Below, one piece after another: positions 19,302-28,864 of a stretch of 56,456 bases of DNA. The DNA comes from Rhodospirillales bacterium (GTDB lineage Bacteria; Pseudomonadota; Alphaproteobacteria; Kiloniellales; JAKSDN01). The position numbers and the translations under genes are program-made. The DNA lies in assembly GCA_029859805.1 (NCBI GenBank), contig JAOUCL010000003.1, positions 1 to 56,456 of the forward strand, read 5' to 3'. Each line of letters starts with the position of its first letter. The stretch's first letter is position 1. The notes under the pieces were generated by a model. The model was not told where the DNA came from and ran no database searches. It was given only the letters and a program-made list of their open reading frames with translations.

Positions 19302-20933
19302 TCAACGGCCCAGATCGGCAAGCTCGGCGGCCAGCCGGCGCGCCACCGTGCGCCAGTCGTGGCGCGCCGCAACTACGTCGCGCAGGGCCTGCTTGTGACG
19401 GCCGCCCAGGTCGAACGCGCCCGCCGTTTTCTCCGCGATCTCGGCGACCTTGCGGGCCGGGTCGATGGAGAGCTTCATCAGGTCCGCATGCTCCGGCGGC
19501 AGGGCGCCGGCCACCGCGTCGATGCTGGCCGCCATGCCCGCGAAGTAGGTGCCGAGCGGGAAGCTGCCCGAGGCGAGCGCCTCGAGAAAAACCAGGGGTC
19601 CGGCCTCGGCCACCACCGAGGGGAAAACCGCCGCATCGCAGCACGGGAAGAGATGCTTGAGCTCGCCGTGGGTCAGGTAGCCGGTGAAGATCACGCGCTC
19701 GGACCGAACGGTCCGCCGGGCGGCCTCGAAATAGCCATCCAGCTCGCCGCGCTCCTCCAGGCCTGAGAAGAAGAGACGAAGGTGCTCGAAGGGTGCGGGC
19801 CGGCCTTCCAGCACGCTGCCCCAGTCGGCGATGGCACGGGCGAGCCCAGCCGCGCCCTCCTCGAGCGCCCAGAGCAGGGCCTCGAGGACCTCGCGCAGCG
19901 GGCCGTGCCCGACCACGACCAGGCGCGCGCGCGGATGCTTGCTAAGGATCAAAGGAAGCGCCGCGACGATGCTCTGCGGGCCCTTGGCGGCGATCAGCCG
20001 GCCGACATAGAGCAGCAGCTCGTCGCGGCGCCAGTCGATCCGCGCCAAGCTCTGCTCGAGGCCGGCGTCGGGGCGCTTCCATTCATAGCCCCGTACGGCC
20101 TGGAGGGCAGCCACGAGCTCCCCCCGCGCCATGTCCGGTCGGAGGCTCGCGCGGAGCCGCTCCGCCGCCTCGGGGCGCCTGCCGCGCTCCAGGCCCGCCA
20201 GGGCCTTTTCCAGGGTTCGGAGTCGGGCGCCGCGATCCTCCCTGCCGACCGGCGCGAAGGCCGCGGTGTCGACACCGAGCGGTAGGTCTCGGAGCTTCTT
20301 CTCGAGGCCCGGCAGCGCCGGGAAGGTCTCGCGCACCCGCCGGCGCATCTCCTCGCCGATGACGATCAACCGGTCCGCCGCCGCCAAGGCGCTCTCGGCC
20401 AGGGCGTGGAAGCGCGGGTCCTTCTTGACCGCGTACTCGATCGCGCTGCCGTGCGGCATGACGGCGTAGGGCACGCCGGTGGCCGCATGCACCCGCTCGG
20501 CCACGACCGACATGAGCACCGCGTGGTTGGCGTGAAGGACGGAGACGCCGGCCTCGCGCACGACCCGCTCGACCACAACCACGTTTCGCCCCAGGTAGTC
20601 CTCGATCGCCGCGTCCGGCAGGTCGATCATGGGCAGCGCCCGCGCGAACTCCTCGTACTTGTCGCCGACGTAGACCGGCAGGGTGTCGCCGAGGCGCGGC
20701 TTGTGCAGGACGCAGCGACCCTCGTAGGGCGTCTTGCGCTCGAACAGCGTGGTCACCCCGCCGTCCGGCTCGTAGGCGTAGGCCGCGGCGATGAAGTCGT
20801 AGTGCTCGGGATGGGGCTCCTGGCAGACCAGGTGCACGGCCTCCCCCTCGCGGCAGAGCGCCCGCACCATCTCGCGGGTCCAGAGGTTGCTGCCGGAGCC
20901 TTCGAGCAGATAGCCGTGCAGGATGCAGATCAC
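19302..20933 (-). CDS. Glycosyltransferase family 4 (GT-B fold)
   Basis: ICILHGYLLEGSGSNLW N-terminus, YVGRLIAAKGP, PSVVAEAGPLVFLEALASG (E-x7-E); GTG start at 20933 with GAGG RBS (start inferred). Confidence 0.82.
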   Translation of the reverse strand: MICILHGYLLEGSGSNLWTREMVRALCREGEAVHLVCQEPHPEHYDFIAAAYAYEPDGGVTTLFERKTPYEGRCVLHKPRLGDTLPVYVGDKYEEFARALPMIDLPDAAIEDYLGRNVVVVERVVREAGVSVLHANHAVLMSVVAERVHAATGVPYAVMPHGSAIEYAVKKDPRFHALAESALAAADRLIVIGEEMRRRVRETFPALPGLEKKLRDLPLGVDTAAFAPVGREDRGARLRTLEKALAGLERGRRPEAAERLRASLRPDMARGELVAALQAVRGYEWKRPDAGLEQSLARIDWRRDELLLYVGRLIAAKGPQSIVAALPLILSKHPRARLVVVGHGPLREVLEALLWALEEGAAGLARAIADWGSVLEGRPAPFEHLRLFFSGLEERGELDGYFEAARRTVRSERVIFTGYLTHGELKHLFPCCDAAVFPSVVAEAGPLVFLEALASGSFPLGTYFAGMAASIDAVAGALPPEHADLMKLSIDPARKVAEIAEKTAGAFDLGGRHKQALRDVVAARHDWRTVARRLAAELADLGR

Positions 20934-21346
20934 CGGGATGTTGCCTCGTCCGTCATGACGGCGGTATCCGACCTTAGCGACTCGGGGCGCAGAGGCAATG
21001 CCGCCGCAGTGTTCGGCAGTACACCGTCCCAGGTCTCGGGCCCGAACAGTCCCATGACCGTGGTCATGTTGGCCGCGCTCGTGGCCCTGCGCAAGGCGGC
21101 CGCGCCGACCTGCGCGAGCCAGTTCCGTTCTCTTGTCTGGACGACCCTGCCTTCGGGCTGCCGGTTCCATGCAGCTCGTTGTCGCCGCTGTCTCGGGCAC
21201 GATATTCCCGGTTAACTGATCCAGATAGACAAATAGTTGAATAAGACTAGCTATAATAGCGCTTACAGTTAAGTTTTTCGAAAGACCTGAGGAATAATAA
21301 GGCCAGATTCCACACGCGGTCATCGACAGACCAAGGAACCACCATC

Positions 21347-22102
21347 ATGAGCGACAAGAAAGCAAACGCCGCAGTAAGCCGGCGAAAATTCATCGCGGCG
21401 GCGGGCGGTACGGCGGCGCTCGGTGCGAGCGCGGCCGCCGCGCCAAGGGCAGCTCGCGCCGCTGGAACGGCACACAAACCTCATTATGGAATGCTGATCG
21501 ACCTGCGACGGTGCATCGGCTGCCACGCCTGCAGCGTGTCCTGCAAGGCGGAATTCGATGTGCCCTTGGGCGCGACGCGCTCCTGGGTGGAGTACATTGA
21601 AAAGGGCGACTACCCGGACGTCAGCCGGCAATTCCTGCCGCGGCTGTGCAACCACTGCTCCAAGCCGCAATGCGTCGACGTCTGTCCCACCGGGGCGACC
21701 TGGAAGCGCGAGGAGGACGGCATCGTCGTGGTCGACGCGGATATCTGCATCGGCTGCAAGTACTGCATCCTGGCCTGTCCCTACGACGCCCGGTTCACCA
21801 ATCCGATAACCGGGACCGCGGACAAGTGCGATTTCTGTCAGCACCGCGTGTCACAGGGGCTGGTGCCGTCCTGCGTCAACGCCTGTATCGGCGAGGCGCG
21901 GATCTTCGGCGACCTCAATGATCCGCAAAGCGAGATCTCGAAGTTGATTGCCCGCAACCCGGTCACCGTCCTGAGACAGGAGATGGGGACCGAGCCGAAC
22001 GTGTTCTACATCGATGCGGACCATACGGACCCCAACGGCGCCACGAACAACGGCCAGTACGTGCGGGTCGATACCCACCGGCAGCACGCGGAAAGGAGAT
22101 AG
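21347..22102 (+). CDS. 4x[4Fe-4S] electron-transfer subunit (TtrB/PsrB/NrfC-like), TAT signal
   Basis: SRRKFI signal; CIGCHACSVSC, CNHCSKPQCVDVC, CIGCKYCILAC, CDFC...C. Confidence 0.92.
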   Translation: MSDKKANAAVSRRKFIAAAGGTAALGASAAAAPRAARAAGTAHKPHYGMLIDLRRCIGCHACSVSCKAEFDVPLGATRSWVEYIEKGDYPDVSRQFLPRLCNHCSKPQCVDVCPTGATWKREEDGIVVVDADICIGCKYCILACPYDARFTNPITGTADKCDFCQHRVSQGLVPSCVNACIGEARIFGDLNDPQSEISKLIARNPVTVLRQEMGTEPNVFYIDADHTDPNGATNNGQYVRVDTHRQHAERR

Positions 22103-22104
22103 CC

Positions 22105-23070
22105 ATGCAACAGGAACTGATGTGGGGGCTGCCTGTCGTCTTGTACCTGTTTCTGGCGGGCGTCGGCGCCGGGGCGTTGACCGTCAGCGCGTCGATCTTT
22201 CTCCGTGGCGGCGACGTGGCCCGCGGCCTGCATGTCGACACCGCGCGTTACGGTGCGTTTCTCGCACCTGTGCCGATCATGATCGGCTGCGGTTTGCTGG
22301 TTTTCGAGCTGGGCTCGTTCGAGACCGGCCACTGGTTCAAATGGCTGAACCTGTACAAGGTCATAAACCTTTCGCCGATGTCGATCGGCACGTGGTTGCT
22401 GTCCGTGACGGTCGTGGTCAGCGTGGTTTATGCCTACACGTTCCTGCGCGACGCACCGGGTCTGCCGAATGAAATGCGCTATCCGCTCCGCCGGAAACTG
22501 TCCTGGCTCGCCGTGCCTCTGGGAATCGCTACGGCGGTCTACACCGGGATCCTCCTGGGCGCGATGCCGTCGCGGCCGTTCTGGAACTCGCCCATCGTGG
22601 CGCTCCTGTTCCTGGTATCCGCGTTATCCACCGGAATCGCCGGCACCCTGTTGATCCGGGCGCTCTTCCACGCGTCCAATCCCGACCCCGAGACCGGGAA
22701 GAATTTCTCTCGGAGCGGCTACCTGTTGACGGCGGCGGATGTCCTGCTGATCGGTTTCGAACTGATGATCATCTTCCTGTTCATCATGTACGCGCACCTG
22801 ACCATCGGCAGCGTCAAGGAGGCCGTGTCGGTCATCCTGTTCGGCGGCGACCTCGCACCGCTGTTCTGGTTGGGCGTTGTGGTGATCGGCCTGCTGATCC
22901 CCGCGCTCGTCGAATCGATCTACATCGTTCCCAAGCTCCTCTACCACCGGGATTTCTCCGTTCCCCGGGGCGTCGAGGTTGTCGTGCCGGCCGTGATCCT
23001 CGTGGGCGGCTTCATGCTGCGCTACGTGGTGGTTGTCGCCGGGCAGATCACTGGGCCGGTCGGAATCTGA
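22105..23070 (+). CDS. NrfD/PsrC-family membrane anchor (quinol-interacting)
   Basis: WGLPVVLYLFLAG, SPMSIGTW, YTGILL..RPFWNSP, GGFMLRYVVV; about 8 TM segments. Confidence 0.9.
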   Translation: MQQELMWGLPVVLYLFLAGVGAGALTVSASIFLRGGDVARGLHVDTARYGAFLAPVPIMIGCGLLVFELGSFETGHWFKWLNLYKVINLSPMSIGTWLLSVTVVVSVVYAYTFLRDAPGLPNEMRYPLRRKLSWLAVPLGIATAVYTGILLGAMPSRPFWNSPIVALLFLVSALSTGIAGTLLIRALFHASNPDPETGKNFSRSGYLLTAADVLLIGFELMIIFLFIMYAHLTIGSVKEAVSVILFGGDLAPLFWLGVVVIGLLIPALVESIYIVPKLLYHRDFSVPRGVEVVVPAVILVGGFMLRYVVVVAGQITGPVGI

Positions 23071-23080
23071 GGAGGATACA

Positions 23081-25621
23081 ATGGTTAGTCGCCGCAACTT
23101 TCTGAAACTGGGCACAGCCGCCGCCGGCGCTTCGACCGCGCTTGCCGGAACCAGCGCCCTGACAGCAGCGAAACCCGTGACGATCACGGGGGGCAAGGAT
23201 TACTCGCCCCGGACCGGCAAGGAGCGCCAAGCCATTCCCAGCGCTTGCTGGCAATGCGTCAGCCGTTGTCCGATCATCGGGTACGTCGAGGACGGCCGGC
23301 TGGTGAAGATCGAAGGCCAACCCAGCTCGATCCGGACCGATGGCAAGATCTGCGCCAAGGCGCAGGCCGGGATCAACCAAGCCTACGACCCGGACCGCAT
23401 CCTCTATCCCCTCAGGCGCGTCGGCGAGCGCGGCGAAGGCAAGTGGAAGCGGATCTCCTGGGACGAGGCGCTGGGCGAACTCGCCGGGCGCCTGAAGAAG
23501 CTCCGCGACGATGGGCACCCGGAGAAGTTCATGTTCCACTACGGGCGCATGAAGGCCAGCTCCAGCAAGCTCATCAAGAGCGTGTTCCTGGCCAACTACG
23601 GCACCAAGACGATCGGCAACCACACCAGCATCTGCGAGGGCGCCAAGTGGACCGCGCAGGAGCTGACCTGGGGCAAGCACTACGACAACTGGGACTTCGA
23701 CCACGCGAAGTACATCCTGAACTTCGGATCGAACTGCCTCGAGGCGCACACCAACCACACTTCGGTGGCGCAGCGCCTGATCAAGGCCCTGGCCGACCGC
23801 CGGGTCAAGATGGTGACCTTCGACGTCAGGCTGTCCAACACGGCGGCCAAGTCGAGCCGGTGGGTGCCCGTCAAGCCGGGCACCGACCGGGCCGTGGCCC
23901 TCGCCATGTGCAACGTGATCATGAGCGAGGACCTCTACCGCGGCGAAGGCGAGGCCTTCCTCAGGTTCTGCAAGGCCACGCCGGACATGAACGCCACGAC
24001 CGCGGACAAGGTCGCGGCGCTGAAACGGCACCTCGCCCAGTACACGCCCGAATGGGCGCAAGAGATGAGCGGGGTCGACGCCGAGCTCATCCGCAACATC
24101 GCCCGCGAGTTTGCAAACACCAAGCCGGCTTGCCTGGTCACCTACCGGGGGGCCGTCGCCCATTTCCACGGCGGTGAGACCGAGCGCGCGATGCAGATGC
24201 TGGCCGCAATCACGGGCAACATCGACAATCCGGGTGGCCGGTGCCGGGCCGTCGGCGCCAAGTGGAAGTATCCGAAGGGGCCGAAGAACAAGCCCAAGGC
24301 GAAGAAGCTGAAGATTCTCGATGGCGCCAAGGGACAGGCGGTCCTGCCGACCCATCACATGAACCATCAAGTCTTCAACATGATCAAGGACGGCAGCGCC
24401 GGCAGGCCCGAGGTCTATATGTGGTACTGCTATGCGCCGGTGTATTCCAACGGCGACTGCCAGGCGAACATCGAGGTCCTGAAGGACGAGTCGCTCATCC
24501 CCTTCACGGTCTGCGTCAACCCGTACTACGACGAATCCGCGGCGCTCGCCGACCTAATCCTGCCGGACACGCCATACCTCGAGCGATGGGATTGGGAGGA
24601 TATGGTCTCGCCGAAACAGGTGCCCGAGTATTACCTGCGCCAGCCGCTCATCAAACCCCTGGGCGAGGCGAGAAACTTCGGCGACGTATGCTGCGAGCTG
24701 GCGGACCGGATGGGCTTCCCGCTCGGCATCAGCTCAATGGAGGAGTTCGTCAAGCTGTCCTGCGAGAAGACACAGGCCGTGAAAGCTGCCGGCGGCTTCG
24801 AGTACATGCGCACGCACGGCGTCTGGCACGATCCCAAGGCCAAGCCCAAGTACTACTCCTACCTGAAGGAGGTCAAGGCGGAGGCCCTGGCGAAGGACGG
24901 CGTGATCCTGGACGAGGCCACGGGCGTGTACTGGAACTGGAAGAAGTCCAAGGCCAAGAGCGCCGAGGAGGCCTTGGCCAAGGGCTACACCCACACCAAG
25001 AACGCCTATAAGGGCTATGTCGGACAGCTGATCGACGGCACGGTCTATGCCGGCTTCAAGCCCGACAAGGTGAACAAGTCGGGCTACTTCGAGCTCCACT
25101 CCGGCATCATGGAGGACAAGGGCCTGGCGCCACTGCCCGGCTACGTGGTCGACCCCGACCACAAGGCCATGAGTGCGGACGAATTCATCCTCACCACCTT
25201 CAAGGTCAACGTCCAGACCCACTCGCGCACGCAGAACTGCAAGTGGCTGAGCGAGATCTATCACGACAATCCGGCCTGGATTAACCCCGAGTCGGCGGCG
25301 GCCAAGGGCATCGAGGACGGGGACCGGATCAAGGTCAAGTCCAAGATCGGCGAGATCGAGACCACGGCGCGCGTAACGCCGGCCGTGGCCCCGGGCGTGA
25401 TCGCCATCTCAATGCACTGCGGGCACTGGGAGTACGGCCGCTATGCCTCGGACAAGGCTTCGCCGTTTGGCGCCGAGAACGATCTGGAATATCGGCGCAA
25501 ATGGTGGAAGAGCAACGGCGGACACCCCAACTGGGTCATCCCCAACGACCCGGATCCGATCAGCGGTCAGCAACGCTGGATGGACACCGTGGTCACCGTG
25601 AGCAGAGTCGCGGCCGCATGA
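23081..25621 (+). CDS. Mo/W-bisPGD oxidoreductase catalytic subunit (Psr/Ttr/Arr clade of the DMSO reductase family), TAT-exported
   Basis: SRRNFLK signal; FS0 motif CWQCVSRC...CAK; DRILYPLRR; HTSICE putative Cys ligand; ADLILPD..YLERW; C-terminal WINP..A..GIEDGD; GAGGAGG RBS. Confidence 0.92.
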   Translation: MVSRRNFLKLGTAAAGASTALAGTSALTAAKPVTITGGKDYSPRTGKERQAIPSACWQCVSRCPIIGYVEDGRLVKIEGQPSSIRTDGKICAKAQAGINQAYDPDRILYPLRRVGERGEGKWKRISWDEALGELAGRLKKLRDDGHPEKFMFHYGRMKASSSKLIKSVFLANYGTKTIGNHTSICEGAKWTAQELTWGKHYDNWDFDHAKYILNFGSNCLEAHTNHTSVAQRLIKALADRRVKMVTFDVRLSNTAAKSSRWVPVKPGTDRAVALAMCNVIMSEDLYRGEGEAFLRFCKATPDMNATTADKVAALKRHLAQYTPEWAQEMSGVDAELIRNIAREFANTKPACLVTYRGAVAHFHGGETERAMQMLAAITGNIDNPGGRCRAVGAKWKYPKGPKNKPKAKKLKILDGAKGQAVLPTHHMNHQVFNMIKDGSAGRPEVYMWYCYAPVYSNGDCQANIEVLKDESLIPFTVCVNPYYDESAALADLILPDTPYLERWDWEDMVSPKQVPEYYLRQPLIKPLGEARNFGDVCCELADRMGFPLGISSMEEFVKLSCEKTQAVKAAGGFEYMRTHGVWHDPKAKPKYYSYLKEVKAEALAKDGVILDEATGVYWNWKKSKAKSAEEALAKGYTHTKNAYKGYVGQLIDGTVYAGFKPDKVNKSGYFELHSGIMEDKGLAPLPGYVVDPDHKAMSADEFILTTFKVNVQTHSRTQNCKWLSEIYHDNPAWINPESAAAKGIEDGDRIKVKSKIGEIETTARVTPAVAPGVIAISMHCGHWEYGRYASDKASPFGAENDLEYRRKWWKSNGGHPNWVIPNDPDPISGQQRWMDTVVTVSRVAAA

Positions 25622-26283
25622 CGCAAGTCGGGGGGCTCGGCCCCGGCCACCGGCCGGACGAGGCGGCCAGGACAGCCATGGAGCGCAGTAACGTCTATGG
25701 CTTCCTGGCCGCTGTATATCGGAGCGAGCCGACGGCGGCACTGTTGGGCCGGATGAAGTCTCCCGACTTCCTGGATGCCCTCGGCGCGGCGGGAGTCGCC
25801 CTCGAGCAGGATCTCCTCGGTCTCCCGGAGGCGGAGCTGCTCGAGAAACTGGCTGTCGAGTACACCCGGCTGTTCATCGGCCCGGGCAGCCATATCCCGC
25901 CCTATTCCAGCGTCCATCTCGGCGGCGAAGGGGCCTCGCTATGGGGCGCTTCGACGGCCTGGGTCAAGCGGTTCATCGAGGCCGCCGGTTTCGAATACCG
26001 CCCCGACTATCACGACCTGCCTGACCACGTGAGCGTCGCGCTCGAGTTCATGCAGGAGATCACCGCGCGGGAAGCTTGCGCCTTGGACGAGCCGGACGCG
26101 GACGAGGCGGGGAGACTGCTAAGCATCGAGGAGGAGTTTGTCCGCGAGCACCTCGCCGCATGGCTGCCCGGATTTTGCGACAATGTCGTGGACCAGGCGA
26201 GGCTGCCGTTCTACGGCGAGATGGCGAAACTAACCAAGGCTTTCGTCGAATCCGAGCTGGAGTCCACGACTCCTCTCTCGTGA
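25618..26283 (+). CDS. TorD/DmsD-family maturation chaperone
   Basis: EYTRLFIGP, PPYSSV, PDHVSVALEFM, HLAAW; ATGA coupled to the catalytic subunit. Confidence 0.9.
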   Translation: MTQVGGLGPGHRPDEAARTAMERSNVYGFLAAVYRSEPTAALLGRMKSPDFLDALGAAGVALEQDLLGLPEAELLEKLAVEYTRLFIGPGSHIPPYSSVHLGGEGASLWGASTAWVKRFIEAAGFEYRPDYHDLPDHVSVALEFMQEITAREACALDEPDADEAGRLLSIEEEFVREHLAAWLPGFCDNVVDQARLPFYGEMAKLTKAFVESELESTTPLS

Positions 26284-26413
26284 TCGAGTGCCCTCCGGCG
26301 CGCGTCCCGGCTGGCCAAGGTCCGCGAAACACTTCGAGCGGCACATCGACACCCTTTGTCGTGCGGTCGAGCTGGCGTAAGATCCCGCCTGACCAATGCA
26401 CGTCAGAGGAACC

Positions 26414-27109
26414 ATGACCGGATCCCTGCTGCGCCGTGCGGCGCTCGCCCTCCAGATTCTCGTTCTTGGCACGTCCGTGGCCTATGCCGACTGCGGCGAC
26501 CAGCCGGAGCCGAAGGTCGATTGGACCAAGTGCCAAAAACAGCGCAAGATGCTGAGCGGACAGGACCTGCGCAACGGCCGGTTTGAAAAGACCGATTTCA
26601 GTTTCACCGACCTGTCGAAGGCGCGGCTGGCCGGGGCCGTTCTGGTCCGCGCGAACCTGACGGGCTCCAGCTTGTCCGGAGCGGACCTGAGGCGCGCGGA
26701 CTTGACGAAGGCGATGGGTTCCCGCGCCATTTTCGAGGGTGCGAACCTGACCCAAGCGGTCTTGGCGAAGGCGGAACTCAACCGGGCCACATTTTCCCGA
26801 GCCAATCTGCTCGACGCCGATCTGTCGAAGGCCGAACTGGGCCGCGCGCACCTGACCTTGGCCAAGCTGGACGGAACGGACCTGAGCTATGCCTACCTCG
26901 CTCGCGCCGATTTGGGCGGCGCCAGTCTTGTCGGGACGAACTTGACCGGGGCCTACATGTACCTGACCCGCCTTACGGGTATCGATCTCTCGCAAGCGAT
27001 CGGCCTCACCCAGCAGCAGCTCGACCTCGCCTGCGGCGACGAGGGCACCAAGCTGCCGGCCGGCCTCGAACGCCCGGGGTCCTGGCCCTGCGACGCGGAG
27101 GAGGACTGA
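26414..27109 (+). CDS. Secreted pentapeptide-repeat protein
   Basis: Signal peptide ending AYA; many A(D/N)Lxx repeats; C-terminal ACGD..TKLP.GL..P..W cap. Confidence 0.88.
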   Translation: MTGSLLRRAALALQILVLGTSVAYADCGDQPEPKVDWTKCQKQRKMLSGQDLRNGRFEKTDFSFTDLSKARLAGAVLVRANLTGSSLSGADLRRADLTKAMGSRAIFEGANLTQAVLAKAELNRATFSRANLLDADLSKAELGRAHLTLAKLDGTDLSYAYLARADLGGASLVGTNLTGAYMYLTRLTGIDLSQAIGLTQQQLDLACGDEGTKLPAGLERPGSWPCDAEED

Positions 27110-27177
27110 CCGGCCTTCGCCGAACCCGACCAGGAGACGCCCGTGCCCAGACCCTGCCCGACAAGGAAACGGCTTCG

Positions 27178-28785
27178 GTGAGCCCGGGCCAGACCTGCGG
27201 CGAGGCGCTGGTGCGCCTGCTCGAGGACTACGGTGTCGACACCGTGTTCGGCGTTCCGGGGGTCCATACCCTCGCGCTCTACCGCGGGCTCGCCGGCAGC
27301 GGCATCCGCCACGTCCTGCCGCGTCACGAACAGGGCGCCGGCTTCATGGCCGACGGCTACGCGCGGCTGTCCGGCCGGCCGGGGGTTTGCTTCGTGATCA
27401 CCGGACCCGGTGTGACCAACGCCGCGACGCCCCTAGGCCAGGCCTATTCGGACTCGGTGCCGGTCCTGCTGATCTCCAGCGTCAACGCGACCCGGACGCT
27501 GGGCAAGGGCTGGGGTGAACTGCACGAGATCCGCGACCAGCGAGGGGTGACAACGCCGCTCACGGCGCTCAGCGCCACGGCGCTTTCGCCAGGCGACGTG
27601 CCGGATCTCTTGGCGCGGGCCTTCGCGGTCTTCGCCAGCGCCCGGCCGCGGCCGGTGCACATCGAGATTCCCACCGACGTGCTCGCCGCGCCGGCGACCG
27701 GCGAGTGGAATCCGCGCCGCCCGCCACCGCGCCCGGCCCCGGCGACCGACCGGATCGCCGAGTCCGCGGCCCTCCTCGCGGCGGCCGAGCGCCCCTTGAT
27801 CCTGGTAGGCGGCGGTGCTCTGGAGGCCGGAAGCGCCGTCGCGGCAATCGCCGAGACGCTGAGCGCTCCGGTGGTCACGAGCTTCGCGGCCAAGGGCCTG
27901 GTCCCGGACTCGCACCCGCTCTCGCTGGGCAGCACCTTGTGGCTCGAGGCGACCAAGGCCTGCCTGGCCGAGGCCGACGTGGTCCTGGCGCTGGGCACCG
28001 AGCTGGCGGCCACCGACAGCCTGGCCAAGTCCCTGGCTATTCCCGGCAGGCTGATCCGCGTCGACATCGATCCCGCCAAGCTGGTCGATCGTCATCCGGC
28101 CGAGATCGCGATCCTGGCCGACGCGGCGGCCAGCGCCGAGGCCATCGCGGGCGGTCTTCCAAGCCGCTCCAGTCCCGGCTGGCGCGGGACGGCCAAGGAG
28201 CGTGTCGCCGAGGCGCGCAGGGCAAACCTGGACGCTGCCAGGCCCCTGCAACTGGCCCACCTGAAGGTGCTCCGGACGCTGCGTGCGGCCTTGCCGGACG
28301 AGGCCGTCGTGACGGCGGACATGACGCAGCTCGCCTATACCGGCAATTGCTTCTTCCCCGTCGAGCAGCCGCGCGGCTGGATCTACCCGGCGGGCTACGG
28401 GACGCTCGGATTCGCGCTGCCCGTCGCCATCGGCGCCAAGCTCGCGGCGCCAGGGCGCCCTGCCGTGGCCCTGGTCGGCGACGCGGGCTTTCTCTACACG
28501 GTCCAGGAGCTGGCCACGGCGGTCGAGCTCGGGCTGCCGATCGTCGTCCTGCTGTGGAACAACGAGGCGCTCGGCCAGATCCGCGACGACATGCTGGCCA
28601 AGGGCATCCCCGAGGTCGGCGTCATCCAGAGGAACCCGGATTTCCTCATGCTCGCACAAGCCTTCGGCTGCCACGCGGCACGCCCGCAGACCCTGGAGGC
28701 TCTGGGACCGGAGCTCGCGGCGGCGCTCGGCCGCGACGGCCCGACCGTAATCGAGGTCCGGCACGACCTGGTAGGCCTGCGCTAG
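27178..28785 (+). CDS. ThDP-dependent 2-keto acid decarboxylase (5-guanidino-2-oxopentanoate decarboxylase, AruI-like)
   Basis: FGVPGVHT, RHEQGAGFMADGYAR, G.LHE, GYGTLGFALP, GDAGF...WNN. Confidence 0.82.
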   Translation: MSPGQTCGEALVRLLEDYGVDTVFGVPGVHTLALYRGLAGSGIRHVLPRHEQGAGFMADGYARLSGRPGVCFVITGPGVTNAATPLGQAYSDSVPVLLISSVNATRTLGKGWGELHEIRDQRGVTTPLTALSATALSPGDVPDLLARAFAVFASARPRPVHIEIPTDVLAAPATGEWNPRRPPPRPAPATDRIAESAALLAAAERPLILVGGGALEAGSAVAAIAETLSAPVVTSFAAKGLVPDSHPLSLGSTLWLEATKACLAEADVVLALGTELAATDSLAKSLAIPGRLIRVDIDPAKLVDRHPAEIAILADAAASAEAIAGGLPSRSSPGWRGTAKERVAEARRANLDAARPLQLAHLKVLRTLRAALPDEAVVTADMTQLAYTGNCFFPVEQPRGWIYPAGYGTLGFALPVAIGAKLAAPGRPAVALVGDAGFLYTVQELATAVELGLPIVVLLWNNEALGQIRDDMLAKGIPEVGVIQRNPDFLMLAQAFGCHAARPQTLEALGPELAAALGRDGPTVIEVRHDLVGLR

Positions 28786-28864
28786 CATTTCGCCGCCGAG
28801 CGGCGCTAATATCCGCAGCTTCGCAGACCGCATTCCGCAACGCTGGGCCAGGGGATCCTTCGTC

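Noticed and set aside
21205-21300. FNR or ModE box upstream of the molybdoenzyme operon
   Set aside because: AT-rich and contains TATAAT, but the best FNR candidate (CTGATCCAGATAGA) has three mismatches and I found no properly spaced -35.
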